Below, in pieces: positions 37,268-49,350 of a stretch of DNA of 64,000 bases. The stretch spans positions 186,620,001 to 186,684,000 of the forward strand of contig OX597814.1 in the NCBI GenBank assembly GCA_951406725.2, read 5' to 3'. This stretch comes from Octopus vulgaris (Eukaryota). Under the pieces are notes generated by a model. It had not been told where the DNA came from, searched no databases, and worked only from the letters and a program-made list of their open reading frames with translations. The position numbers were made by a program, and so were the translations under genes. Position 1 is the stretch's first letter. The number at the start of each line of letters is the position of its first letter.

Positions 37268-38285
37268 TATTGTTGTATTTGGGGACGGTCATGTTGCCAG
37301 TTTAGCCAATGAAAACACACGCACTATATATTTGGTGTTCACTTGCTTCAGCTTTATTTTATATTAATTGTATTTCGGCCAGAGTTCTTTCGTCACACTT
37401 CTGTGACCTCATCAGTGGTCCTTTGCTTTCTTCTTTCTTTCTTGTGTCTCTCCTTACTAACGATCTGCCATTTTGTATTCCTATTGTATCTTTATTTGCA
37501 CATGCGTATATCCCTGTGTGTATCTATGTTTAGTGTGGGGGGTGCATGGTACCTGCATTATCATTATCCCCGTTTATTCACGTTCGTTTAATTTACTTTT
37601 ATTTATTTTATTCATGTTTTTATCAACTTATTTTTTCATTTTTTTTCTTTTTTGTATTAATTTATTTTGTTCATATATATAATTATTTAATTCCATTTAT
37701 TTATCTGAGAATCGTATTAGTTTCATACTATTATTAGTTTATGGGGATCTTATTCTATCATAGGTTGTGGTGTGGGGGGGTGCTAGTGTTCCATTCTAGT
37801 TTTCTGTTTAGGCTAGGTTTATCTTCTATTATATGCGTAGCTTTCGTAATTTGTCTAAGCGTTGCGTCTGTTCTATGTGTAGACAATATTTTAACCTCTA
37901 TGTTGTTGAGTGAGCCCCCGTGTTCCCGCTCGGCGTGCTGGTACAGAACCGATGAGCTCTTCTCGTCCTTAAGTTCCCTCCAATACTCATTTACCCGCTC
38001 TCCTATGCTCCGTACTATCTCCCCTACATACGTCGTTGTCTTGTTTCTGCACCGTTCCTCTGTAATTCTTATACTATAGACTACATTTATAGCTTAACAG
38101 TTTATTTGTGAGTTAAATCTACATACAATACAGTTCCTATCAGTACAGTGGGTTCTACTAAAAGGGTAGGTTCTACCGATTAGGGTTTCGATAGGGTTAT
38201 CTGGCCTTTCTGCAACCTTAATTCTTAGTTTATTTTCTCAAAATATTGTTAACTTTTCTGAATTTTCTCGGGTCTTGTAGCCAAA
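37268..38285 (-). mobile_element. Penelope-like element 3' end: Cys-rich linker, GIY-YIG endonuclease and pLTR with hammerhead
   Basis: Minus translation (not in ORF track): KVAERPDNPIETLIGRTYPFSRTHCTDRNCIVCRFNSQINC*AINVVYSIRITEERCRNKTTTYVGEIVRSIGERVNEYW...SVLYQHAEREH...LRQITKA...SLNRKLEW, stop at 37758-37760. Confidence 0.88.
37377..37421 (-). ncRNA. Minimal type I hammerhead ribozyme motif
   Basis: ggacca-CUGAUGA-g-gucaca(gaag)ugugac-GAAA-gaac-UC-uggcc. Confidence 0.75.
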
Positions 38286-39654
38286 ATATAAAATATCAGG
38301 AAAATATATAATGTAATTAATTTCTTTTCATTCTTTTAATCTTAACAGTTCGTTAGCGATAGGGACGGGACCCCTTGTACTAACGACTAGAAAGATATAA
38401 CCAGCTATTGTATTTGTGCGCGCGCGAGCATGTAAGTATGAATACGTGTGCAAACTTTGACAGTAGAATTGCTCAGAGAACCTACTGAATGCATGAAGCT
38501 GGGCACATCTAGGAAGAAAATATCTATAAATAGACGCAAAGGAATAAATTGAATATTAAATGAAGGTCGATAACCGCTGGGTCAAACTGAATAAAGAATG
38601 AATATAAATATATTCTTTGTATAACGTATATGATGAAAGAAAGAGGAATTCCGCATTAATTTTCTGACCAATTTATACCCAGTCATTATTAATGTTCCTG
38701 TATATTTCTATTTCATTCTGCACTCGATTTTCTTTTTCAGTCATTCTAAGTTAATTTCTTACCTTCTTAATGATTTCCAAGTTATTGCAGTGTGATGTAG
38801 CAAAAGTAGCTCAGCTTAAAATTTCAAACTTATGGATACTTTGCTTTAAAAATATAGCATGTTCAAAAGCTTGTCAAGTTTCGATTGTCTTTTCTGTTTT
38901 TTCATCCGTTATTGGATGGTGATTATAAGTTAATAAAAGCCAATATAATTCTCTTATTTTGTAATTTAAAAGAAACCTGTCTACACCTATTTCAATAAAG
39001 TTAGCAACTACTGACTAACAATAAAAAAAGTTATTTTAAATCATTGTGTTATTATTATTGGTATTTCAGGCCTTGTGCCTATAATACAAAGGATTATTAT
39101 TATTGGTATAATGACTCCTCCACTCCCCCCAAAAACAAGATTTATCAACTAAAGTTACCAATTAAAGTTGTTTCTGCAAAGTCAAAAGTAATCAACAAAA
39201 TCAAACGAAGAGTGATGTTGCATTCATATAAACTAGTTTTTGGCGAGCTAAAGAAGGAGCCTTTACGCAGGCATTTAACTTGTTGGTAATAGTAAGCAAA
39301 TCTTCCTCATATCACACCTACCACCTAAAGAAATTGAACAGCTTGATATAGTCCTAAAAAGTAAGGCTACGATGCCGTTGACCATAATTATGCTCAATTA
39401 TGGTTGACCTTTGGCTAAAAAATAATTAGATAGCAACTTGAAGATTGATCAACGTGTAAATATCTGCTTTTGAAGGATTATTGTCTTCAAGAATGTTGCT
39501 TTTAGTTTTTTTTTTTTTTTTTTTTTTTTTTTTGTGGTTCTATTTAAGATGATGACTGTGAATTATGTATTACTGAAATAATTTTGGGAGGTTTATATGC
39601 ATAAGTTTCTACTGAATATTTATATATAAGTTTATTGAAATAAGCTTGGGATGT

Positions 39655-39778
39655 GTGCGTGTATCACTTTTAAGTTATCTTTACAGATATTCTATAAAAA
39701 TTAGAGGTAGCATTGAAAGATACGTTTCGTATATGTCTACGTAAACGATGCAATCTATGATAGAGAATAAGTAATGAG
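39655..39778. repeat. Left arm of a diverged inverted repeat pairing with 44328-44460
   Basis: atcacttttaagttatctttacagatattctata...gtctacgtaaacgatgcaat vs rc of right arm atcactttaaaattaactctacagatatgctata...gtctacgtaaacaatgcgat. Confidence 0.8.
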
Positions 39779-39870
39779 TGTATATGCTTATTTTAAGAGT
39801 TATGGTTCTCCTTCAGCGCCACACCAACTCATTAACTTGTTTTTAGATTGTTTTTAGTCAACCATCCATC

Positions 39871-41342
39871 ATGTCAGCTACCTACGCATCGAAACTGAGA
39901 TCTGCAAGATAATGGTCCTACCAATAGTCAGCTCAACGAGCAGTTGCTGTTGCTCAAACAAGAGGTTGAGCACCTAAAGTCTGTTGTTGCTCTCTTACTC
40001 TGGGGCGGTAGCTATGAAACCTGACCACGATAAACGGTCTCCTGTTGACGCAGAGTCACCCTTGATTTCTTCCCTGGAGACGTCCAAACCGAAGGGAACA
40101 AAATCGAAGCGGCCAAAGAAGGCGAAGGAACCGGCGGTCGTTTCTGCACATGATCGTTCCCGTGCGGATTCTTCCTCATCTGCCTTTTCGGTCCCGGAGG
40201 TTCCCCAACCTAATTTGAGGAGCGTAGACTCAAACCCACCTGAAGACCGTTGTTCTCCCCAAAAGAAGAAACGTCGTCAAAACTCCAGTGGGGCGGATTT
40301 AGCTATGAAACCTGACCACGATAAACGGTCTCCTGTTGACGCAGAGTCACCCTTGATTTCTTCCCTGGAGACGTCCAAACCGAAGGGAACAAAATCGAAG
40401 CGGCCAAAGAAGGCGAAGGAACCGGCGGTCGTTCCTGCACATGATCGTTCCTGTGCGGATTCTTCCTCATCTGCCTTTTCGGTCCCGGAGGTTCCCCAAC
40501 CTAGTTTGAGGAGCGTAGACTCAAACCCACCTGAAGACCGTTGTTCTCCCCAAAAGAAGAAACGTAGTCAAAACTCCAGAGGGGCAGATTTGGCTATGAA
40601 ACCTGATCACGATAAAATCTGTTTGGATTCTCCTTCACTTGTCCTTCCCATTAATGCCATTGTTAAACCAATTCTGAACGATCTCGATGTGAGTTCATCT
40701 GGGGAGTGGTGCTCCCCCAAACCGAAGAAGAGGCAGTGCAGTTCCAAACCAGGCGGGAAAATTATGACCACTAAATCCATTCCGATCGACCCCACAGGCC
40801 GACATAAGTCCGATGGCTATGAAACCACCCTTTCGAAATCCTCCAATGAAGAATCGAATACCGCAGCTCATAGTAGAGAACTTTTTGCCCACTCAAGATC
40901 GGCAATAATATATGGCAAAGCTGAATCCACCTGTGATACAGGCATAAACCGCCTAAAAGATGACATTAATTTTGTTTCCATTTTGGTTGGAGAATTGTTC
41001 TCTGTGAACGAAAATGTCGGTGTTCTTAAGGTCGCTCGGCTAGGAAGATTCCAAGCGAACCCAACCGCAGATACTAGACCACGCCCAATAAGGGTAATCT
41101 TTTCTTCTGATCGGGAGGCTTCAGTCTTTCTGAACAGAGCTCAGACGCATGCCTGGGAGGACCCCAATATGGGTTTTCGCGAGGAATACTCACTAAGAGA
41201 GAGAATTCGCCGGAGGAACCTGATATCCGAGCTAAAGATGAGGAAACAAATGGGAGAGAAGGGTTTACGAATCCAAGATGGACAGATAATCAAGTCCTAC
41301 CTCTGGTCCCATGCTGTAGTGCTGACAGGGAAAGTGATGTGA
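39871..41342 (+). pseudogene. LINE ORF1 (frameshifted 5' part; open 39984-41342)
   Basis: Coiled-coil-like N-terminus (EQLLLLKQEVEHLK); C-terminal RLGRF...RPRPIRVIF...ERIRRRNLISELKMR...GEKGLRIQDGQI typical of CR1 ORF1; internal 97-aa repeat. Confidence 0.8.
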
Positions 41343-44223
41343 GGGCAAATCGAAGTGAAGTTGATACCCCCGTCAACGATGCTATCTCTGATGCCCTTTA
41401 TTCTGCTTGTTCCCCAACTCCCGCCCCTCGGACTTCACAGCTCAGCATCGTCTACACCAACTCGTGCTCCTTATTCCCAAAGTTCAGTGAACTATTTACA
41501 CTGGCCATACGTGACTCCCCTGATGTGATAGCTATCACCGAGACTTGGCTGACTCCAGCAGTAAAGGACTCAGAAATCCACCTGCAGGGCTACGTCCTTT
41601 TCAGATGTGACAGAGGAAAAAGGCGAGGTGGAGGTGTTGCTGTGTATGTTAAGCCTGAGCACAAACCGTCCTGCGGTATTCTACCCACAAATGCTCAACC
41701 TACAACCAAATTCGATGCCGTCTATTGCAAGCTGAGCCTGTCTGAGTTTTGCCTGCCCGTGTTGGCTGTCTACAGGCCGCCTCTGGCCGACCCCCAGGGC
41801 GATGCTCATCTACTCGAAGCGATAAGATTCGTTTCAGCTTCGCATGACTGCTTGGTACTAGGCGACTTCAACGCTCCCACGATCGATTGGCCCGCATCAA
41901 TTTGTGCAACATCTTCCCGGTTCGGCCAGGCCCTTCTTGACGTGGCTGAAGATTGTTTTCTATCGCAACATGTTGAATATCCGACAAGGCATCGGTCTGG
42001 GCAGCAGCCATCTATGCTAGATCTGGTATTCTCCCGCTATCCAAGATCAGTGTCAGACGTATCTGTGTGTGCCCCTCTTGCCAAGAGTGATCATGCGGTC
42101 CTGAAGTTCGTCATGCACACAACTTTTTCCACGCCCACGATTACTTCGCCGCCACGTAGTCTTCTCTGCAATTAATCTTGAAATTCTAACCGAGGCTTCC
42201 ACGCTTCTGGACTGGCGATCTCTGATGACGTTGTCCTCAGTTGACGAACTATGGTCATCCCTCAAAGCATATGTAATCTGTTTGACTGACCAGGCAGTTC
42301 CCGTTGGGCTTCCCAAGAGGAAGAAACACAAGCCCTGGGTGACGAAGAAGGTTAAACGAGAACGTCGACTCAGAGATATTGCTTGGGCTGAATTCAAAAA
42401 TCTGGATTCGACTGCAGCTTTTGAGGTGTACAAAACTCAACGAGACCGAGCCGTGAAAATTGAAAAGAAAGAACGCTTCAGTTATGAATACAAAATCGCG
42501 GCAAATGCCAGTAGCAATCCAAAAACCTTCTTTGCCCATGTCCAGCGGAATTCCCGCTTGAACAACCAGATTGCAACGTTGGTAGACTCAACAGGCGTAT
42601 CGATTGAGGACCCTTATCAACAGAGTCAATTATTTGCCGAGGCTTTTTCAACTATTTTCAAACAAGATGATGGTCGTGAACCCCCTCCATATGATAGATC
42701 GGTACCTCCAATGCTTCGATTGATCATCACGCGGGACGAAGTCAAACGTGTTATTCAAGGCCTCGATGTCAACAAGGGTCACGGCCCAGACGGCATACAC
42801 CCACGGGTTATCAAAGCGTTGGCTCCGGTCATCTGCGAGCCCTTAACACGACTATTCAATATGTCATTGACGACGGGTGTTATACCTGCAGACTGGAGAA
42901 CAGCGATAATCTGCCCAATTTTCAAGAAAGGGAGCCGCGAAGACCCGCTTAACTACCGACCGGTTTCCCTTACATCAATAATCAGCAAGATGTTCGAAAC
43001 CATCCTTAAGAAAAGTATGATGCGCCACCTCCTAAACACAGCCTCGATCACTGATTCCCAACACGGCTTCGTGCCGAAGAGATCATGCTTGAACAACTTA
43101 CTAGTAATGGAAGAATTGGTGACGCGCATCCTCGATGATAGTGATGCTGTTGACATCGTTTTATTGGACTTTGCCAAAGCTGTTGACTCGGTAAACCACC
43201 GCCTACTACTTGTCAAGCTTCAAGCATATAGTTTCCATCCGGATATTGTACGATGGGTTGGTGCCTTCCTCTCAGATCTCCTTCCAAGTTCAAGTTAATG
43301 GTTCGCGGTCCGACGCCTCCAGTGCGAGCAGTTGCGTGCCTCAAGGTTCAGTGCTTGGGCCCTTGTTGTTCTTAGTCTTCATAAATGACTTGCCCGACTA
43401 CCTCACGCAACACACCCTTCTATTTGCCGACGATATCAAACTGGTCGCTCCTCGCGGTAGTATAGAGGATCTTCGTCGATGCCTCCACCAAATTTGGAAG
43501 TGGTCTAACGATTGGGACCTGTGTCTGAACGTGTCAAAGTGCTGTCATCTGCCTGTCGGCTCTACTCCTGCAACTCAACTTGATTTCGAGCCGGGTCGTC
43601 TGCTGCTGGAGAGGACCGATCAGGTAAAGGACCTGGGTATCTTGGTGGATTCCTCCTTTTCGCCTTCGGCCCAGTGCGTCCATGCTGCCAACAAAGCGCG
43701 CGGAATTCTGTTTTTGATTCGACGGTCATTCGGAATGCTCACAGCAGCCATATTCCTGCCACTCTATGTCACGCTGGTGAGACCCATATTGGAGTATGGG
43801 ATTCAAGCCTCTTCTCCTTATCTCCTCAAAGACATACAGCATCTCGAAAGAGTCCAGAGGCTGGCTACCTGCATGGTTCATGGTCTCAAAAATTTGTCCT
43901 ACGAAGAAAGGCTGAGGACGCTCGACCTTTATTCTCTTGAAAAACGCCGCCGCCGTGGTGATCTCATTCTCGTCCACAACATCATAAGCGGGAAGTGTAA
44001 CCTCTCGAAAGAGCTGTTCTTCACTTCTGCTCCGGAGCGTCGGCTGCGGGGTCATTCCGAAAAGCTCTAGCTGCGACGATTTCATCTCAATCGAAGGAGA
44101 GGTGCTTTCTCCGTCCGGGTTGCGGATCCGTGGAACAAGCTGCCAGACGAGATGGTGAAGATGCCGACGACCGCTTTGTTCAAAGCCTCCCTGGACCTCA
44201 AGTGGCCTGAACTCTTTACATGA
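41339..44223 (+). pseudogene. LINE ORF2: apurinic-like endonuclease and reverse transcriptase (two frameshifts, one premature stop)
   Basis: IAITETWL, GGGVAVY, VYRPP, GDFNAP, SDH; GPDGIHP, NYRPVSLTS, QHGF, LDFAKA, PQGSVLGPLLF, LFADDIK, RRRGDLI. Frame changes at ~42170 and ~43275; TAG at 44068-44070; in-frame end at 44223. Confidence 0.95.
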
Positions 44224-44327
44224 ACACCACCCTGTACTTAACTCCATGTCCCCCTACATGGCCTTGCTATTTGCTTTTGAGCCAAATTAACTAACTAACT
44301 AACTATCCACGAACACATTGCTTGAAT

Positions 44328-44460
44328 AGCTACTACTTTTCTATCTTCAATCGCATTGTTTACGTAGACGTATTCGTATATGAAACTTTGAAACTTTCAG
44401 TGGTGGCTCTAAATTCTATAGCATATCTGTAGAGTTAATTTTAAAGTGATTGAATCGCAC
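44328..44460. repeat. Right arm of the inverted repeat flanking the CR1 LINE
   Basis: Reverse-complement similarity to 39655-39778. Confidence 0.8.
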
Positions 44461-44566
44461 TGCTAAGGCAAAAAGGTAGGACACAGTATTGACTTATAAG
44501 CTTTTAATATACTTGGTAGCATGTTATGGTTGGTAAACGAAATACAGTGTCCCTACAAGTGATATA

Positions 44567-44830
44567 TATTGTTGTATTTCAGGTTGGTCATTTTTTTTTT
44601 TTTGCCAAATAAACACACGCACTTTATATTCGTACCTCACTCGTTTATTACTGTTTTTATTCTAACTCATGTCCATTGTCCGGAAATCTTTCGTCACACA
44701 TCTGTAACCTCTTCAGCGACACTTTCTGTCTTCGTGTGTGCTCTTGCTCCACTTATTTCATTCTGTTCTTCTATAATGTTTATCTTTATATGTGCATACG
44801 TTTGTGTCCGTGTTCGTGTCTGAGTGTACG
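44567..44830 (-). mobile_element. PLE pLTR-like repeat (relative of 37268-37520)
   Basis: Shared tattgttgtatt..ggtcat..aaacacacgcact and ctttcgtcacac..ctgt.acctc.tcag blocks. Confidence 0.75.
44677..44721 (-). ncRNA. Minimal hammerhead ribozyme motif
   Basis: ugucg-CUGAAGA-g-guuaca(gaug)ugugac-GAAA-gauu-UC-cggaca. Confidence 0.68.
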
Positions 44831-45610
44831 TGTGTGCGCGCGTGCGAGTCATTGTTCTTAGTAGCACTAAGACCTTTCCATCAGCCACCCCGTCCCCCGT
44901 TGTCGCTGCTTCTGTCCTAGGACCCGAAATTTGGTACAGTTCCTGTATCCCTCTGTGTTTGAGTGTTCGCCCACGTTGCTGCCATCGTGGCAGTTTTTCT
45001 CATTGTTGTCACCGCCGTTGTCGTTGTTAGTCGCGTTGTTGATACTGTTGCGGCCGTCTGTGAAATTACTGTATGTGTGTTTGTGTGTATATGGGTTCGC
45101 ATAATCGACTTACTCTCTCCCCTAAAATTGCTGGCCTTGTGCCAAAATTATTATTATTATTATATCTTACCTTTCAATCTAGAGCATCATAATTTCCCCA
45201 AGTAAGATATATTTCGTTAGCATTATTTGTATTAACTTGTTATTTTTCTGTTTACATAACCCTTCTTTTTCGGAGATCTCCAGGTGTTCTGAACCTATAA
45301 TTTACTATTTCCTCACCTGTCTTAAATTTCGCTTGCCTGAGCTTCTTATATTAGGTTTAAATACTCTTAACATTTTCCCATCGTTGTATTTTGCAGTGAA
45401 ACTTTTTGTTTTATCTTTATATTTTCTCTCATCCTTTAATTTTATAATTAACTATTATCCTTATATAATATGAATGTCACTAATTAGTCACATAACACCG
45501 ATTATTTTAAATTTTAATCAAGTCTCATAATTTCACTCCATCGTTCTCATGCTTCCGACCAATCGTTTGTCTTCTTTTTGAAACGTATCTCTGTTAATGT
45601 GGTTGCTGCT

Positions 45611-45977
45611 GTTGCTGTTGAGCGTAGCGGTCTTCGTCCTAGTGGGAGAAGTCCGAAACGTGATCCTTTGCTATTCGTAAGACCCGCAGAAGAGAAACCA
45701 GGTCAACCTCCGACACCGATAGCATCGACGGATGGATGAATGCGCATCCAGGCTCAGTGGTTGCGTAGGAAGTCGGGGACAAGAAACAGGAAGAAAGAGT
45801 GAGAGAAAGTTGGAGCGAAAGAGTACAACAGGGGTCACCACTACCCCCTGCCGGAGCCTCGTGGAGCTTTAAGTGTTTTCGCTCAATAAACACACACAAC
45901 GCTCTGTCTGGGAATCGAAACCGCGATCCTCCGACCACGAGTCAGCTGCCCTAACCATTGGGCCATTGCGCCTCCAC
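45611..45977 (-). mobile_element. Full-length SINE with family C head/body and a different 3' tail
   Basis: Head gtggaggcgcaatggcccaatggttagggcagc; (CAACAG)-like tail; 13-bp TSD tgtggt(t/c)gctgct. Confidence 0.9.
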
Positions 45978-46529
45978 TGTGGTCGCTGCTCCAAGAAACT
46001 AACGCAAGACTATTTTCATTTCACCTGTAACAGTTACCCCCATTAACCTAATGTCGATAACTTCGAAGCTGTGGAGATGAATGCAAATTATTCCTTCTAT
46101 TCTTCACTGGAGTGTAATGAAAACATCCCACTAAACATACACCCACATATTTAGTGTGCACATGTACACATTGCTAGATGACTACCGACTCCCTTGAGTT
46201 CATCCTATCTTTGGCAGGTTTGTTTTCTATCCTGCAGAGTATTTTAAATCACTGTTCTCATGAAGCAAGCTTGGTGGGGTGGCCAGTTTAGTTATTGGTG
46301 ACCCGACATAGCAACTTGTAATCAGTTACAAGTTATCGGTAGCGTTCTGATGTGCGTGTAGCTCTTTCTCATTTGAAAAGAAATATTTTTAAAAAACTTG
46401 CGCTAGTCTAGCATCTGTGTCTCATAAAAATGAAAGATTCATATAAAAATAGGATTTATTATTTCCATTCATTCCTATATCTCAAGCATGCATTTGATTC
46501 ATTCAGCAAATACCAATAATACACATACG

Positions 46530-46599
<70 letters not shown>

Positions 46600-47339
46600 T
46601 GTGCATGCGTGCGTGTGCGCGCGCAGAACTTCCGTCCTGTTGTAACAGTGTATCCCCTACATGATAGATTGCAAGATTCTGAAAGATGGTCATAGAATGT
46701 TCTTCAGCTATTTTACGAAAGAGCTATTTGTCACCGGCATTGAAATTCTTGTTTCATTTTAGTTGTTTTTTTTAAACATATTAACCTTATAACTACAACA
46801 TCACATTAATTTTCTCTTTTATTTTTTCATTAAAATACAGTTCGTGCTTCAATTTTCTCCCCTTTTTTCGTTTTGACATTTGAAAGCATTATCCTGTTAA
46901 TGGCATTTGGAAATATTATCGTCTGCTAACGCTGTGAAGTTTTCCATAGTTTACTTCACAGTTCTGAAATAGTCTCTTTGTACAACTTAATTTTTGTTTT
47001 ATGTTATGTTCACGGGCATTTTGCTTTTGTCCTTTTGAAGCTATTTCTTTATGCTTTAAATGAATTGTCCTAGAATGGATAGATGAAAAGCAAATGCTAA
47101 TCACAACGTGACATTTAGATTATGTGATACCTTGTAAGATGAAATAAACTGTATCATCAGTTCTTATATAACCTAACCAGTAGGCTATTGTGCCATATCA
47201 TTCGAAATAAAGGGCATAAAAATATACAATATGTGTATCATATGCGGAAAGAGGGAATATAGGGACGATAATTATAAGTACCATATATACAGACGAAGAA
47301 AAAATATTTGGGGGGTGTTTTCCACCCACTAGCCTAACA

Positions 47340-49350
47340 ATACTCTTACCTAGATACGATCTGCTCCATGCCCACACTGGCACTTCAGGTAAATCCAATT
47401 GGCACCTGGTATACAGCTGGAAGTTTCTGGGTAAGCTTCGATGATTTTGCACCCACTTCTGTTATGTACTAGTTCCACACAGTCGTTCCGTGCGTCCAAA
47501 ATATAGTTCCAGTCGCCCACTAATATTAAAGAGTGAGACGTTCCCATGAATGTTTTTAGACGCCTGAAAAAATCTGGCCTTCCAGCCCCTGTCAGAACAT
47601 AAGGGCTACCAATATAAAGGCGCCACAACTTCGCTACCGTTCACGTCCAGGACCACCAATTTATCGTCTGGATCCCAAAAGTTTGCCCGTACTGTGTACA
47701 CTCTAGAAATCCTCGTCTCGCTGATGGCTACCACATTCTATGTAAAGTGACTTGAGATCGTTGAGCAAGCGACCTTGCTTCCAAGCTGAGGTCAGCTTGG
47801 AAGCGCACACACCACTCTTAGTACAGCTATGTTTGTCAGAGAATGAAAAGGAGAGATCACTCCCTTTGATCTTCGAGAAGTTTGGGTGTTCCGGACCTCT
47901 CTTTGGTCGAATGTTTTCTAAAAGGATCTTCGAAAGTCATTGTTTATAGAATTTTTTAAAATCCCCACACTAGCCGGGAACTTTCTCAGAATTGTTTTGT
48001 ACGTCTGATGACATTATTATTAGCCTATTCTTTGATGTTTTGAGGATTTCATCCTCAAATTCTTTCCTCTCTGTCTCAATTTTCTTTTTATTATGGTTTA
48101 ATATTTCATCAACTCAATGTTGTTTTTGTTTACAACAGTGAAATTGATAGAGACTTTATGTAGTTTAAGTTGCTTTGTTGTTTTCCAGTTTCAGCTTTGG
48201 TTGTTGTTTGTGAGTTTTCATTTTGTTTTTGTTGATGTTAGTCTTTGTTGTTGGAGTGGTTGCAAATTGGGCTGTAGTTGTGGTTTGTGTTTGTCGTTTT
48301 TGTTGTATCCTCGTTTTGGGGCTCCGTACCCTCCTCCTCTTTCGAGTTCCCCCTTTGGAGACTATTTCCCATGATTCGACCCGTTCTTCTTTTTCCATCT
48401 CATTCTCCAAGTGGGAGATGCAGATATCTGGTCGAAACATGTCTTTCTGAGTCATTGTTGCTATTGTTGGTTTGAGGAGCAGAGAGAGTTCGAGTGGAAC
48501 TTACTCTTCCATGGGAGCAAATTTTGATTTCGATTTAGGTGTCCTCAAGCTGGTTTACATGATGTTGATATTGGTGTAGATGTGGTTGTGGTGTTGGCAA
48601 CTGGTGGTTTAGCTCCCTTTAACTGGAAGTAGAAAGCCTTTGATGAACAGTACTCCAACATTTTGCTTTTCCGACCTCTACCACCACTCTTATGGGCTCC
48701 GCGCCATCCAAATAAATACCGTCAGGGATCTTGCAGAAATTTCTTTTGCAGCGAGCAACATTTTCACTTCTACTCTGACGACCGACCAGTTTTTTTTTTT
48801 TTTTGTTTTTTTTTGGTATCGATTTCACGGTGACTATATCACCATATCCGTCTAGTATCATCCTGAAATATCGCATGCTTAGTTCTGGAGGCACTTTCGT
48901 AAATGTAACTTTATTCACATGTCTCCCCAGATGAAATTAAAATATGTTCTACTCGCTATGGCATATTGTGACTAGTGATCGAAACTCCTTCCCTCTTCTT
49001 ACATGCCAAATCGACCATCTAGCCCTAGACATCTTTCAGGCATTTTCAGCTTGTACTAGGGTGGTGGGTGGTGGGTGGTGGCTTCGATGCTTTCTTTGAT
49101 AAATGTTTAATTTTTCAGTTCGTCCTCAAACTTGTTGTTTTGTTTTGCTGGTAGAAGTGAAAGTAGTTTTGATGTTTGCTTTGGTAAAATCATCGAAACA
49201 ATAAGACTACCCGTATTTTTCTTTTGATCTGTGGAACTTGAAAAATGTAATAAATTTATAATGTTCAAATAGTCTCCTTGTTTCAATATGTCCAGACTCA
49301 TCTTGTGTGACTACCTCCAATTAGGAGCACGATTTAAAAAAATTTTTAGC
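47340..49350 (-). pseudogene. L1/Tx1-like LINE 5' relic (ORF1 and start of APE)
   Basis: ORF1-like KVPPELSMRYFRMILDGYGDIV...IPDGI...RVVVEVGKAKC (48619-48918); APE-like DFFRRLKTFMGTSHSLILVGDWNYILD (47350-47628). Confidence 0.75.

Larger units (their letters stand above)
39800..44304 (+). mobile_element. Near-full-length CR1-clade LINE, disrupted
   Basis: ORF1 plus APE-RT ORF2, short 3' UTR, (CTAA)n tail at 44285-44304; 5' boundary approximate; no TSD found. Confidence 0.93.

Noticed and set aside
38070-38110. In-frame stop in the PLE linker as possible selenocysteine recoding
   Set aside because: The codon is TAA, not TGA; ordinary decay.
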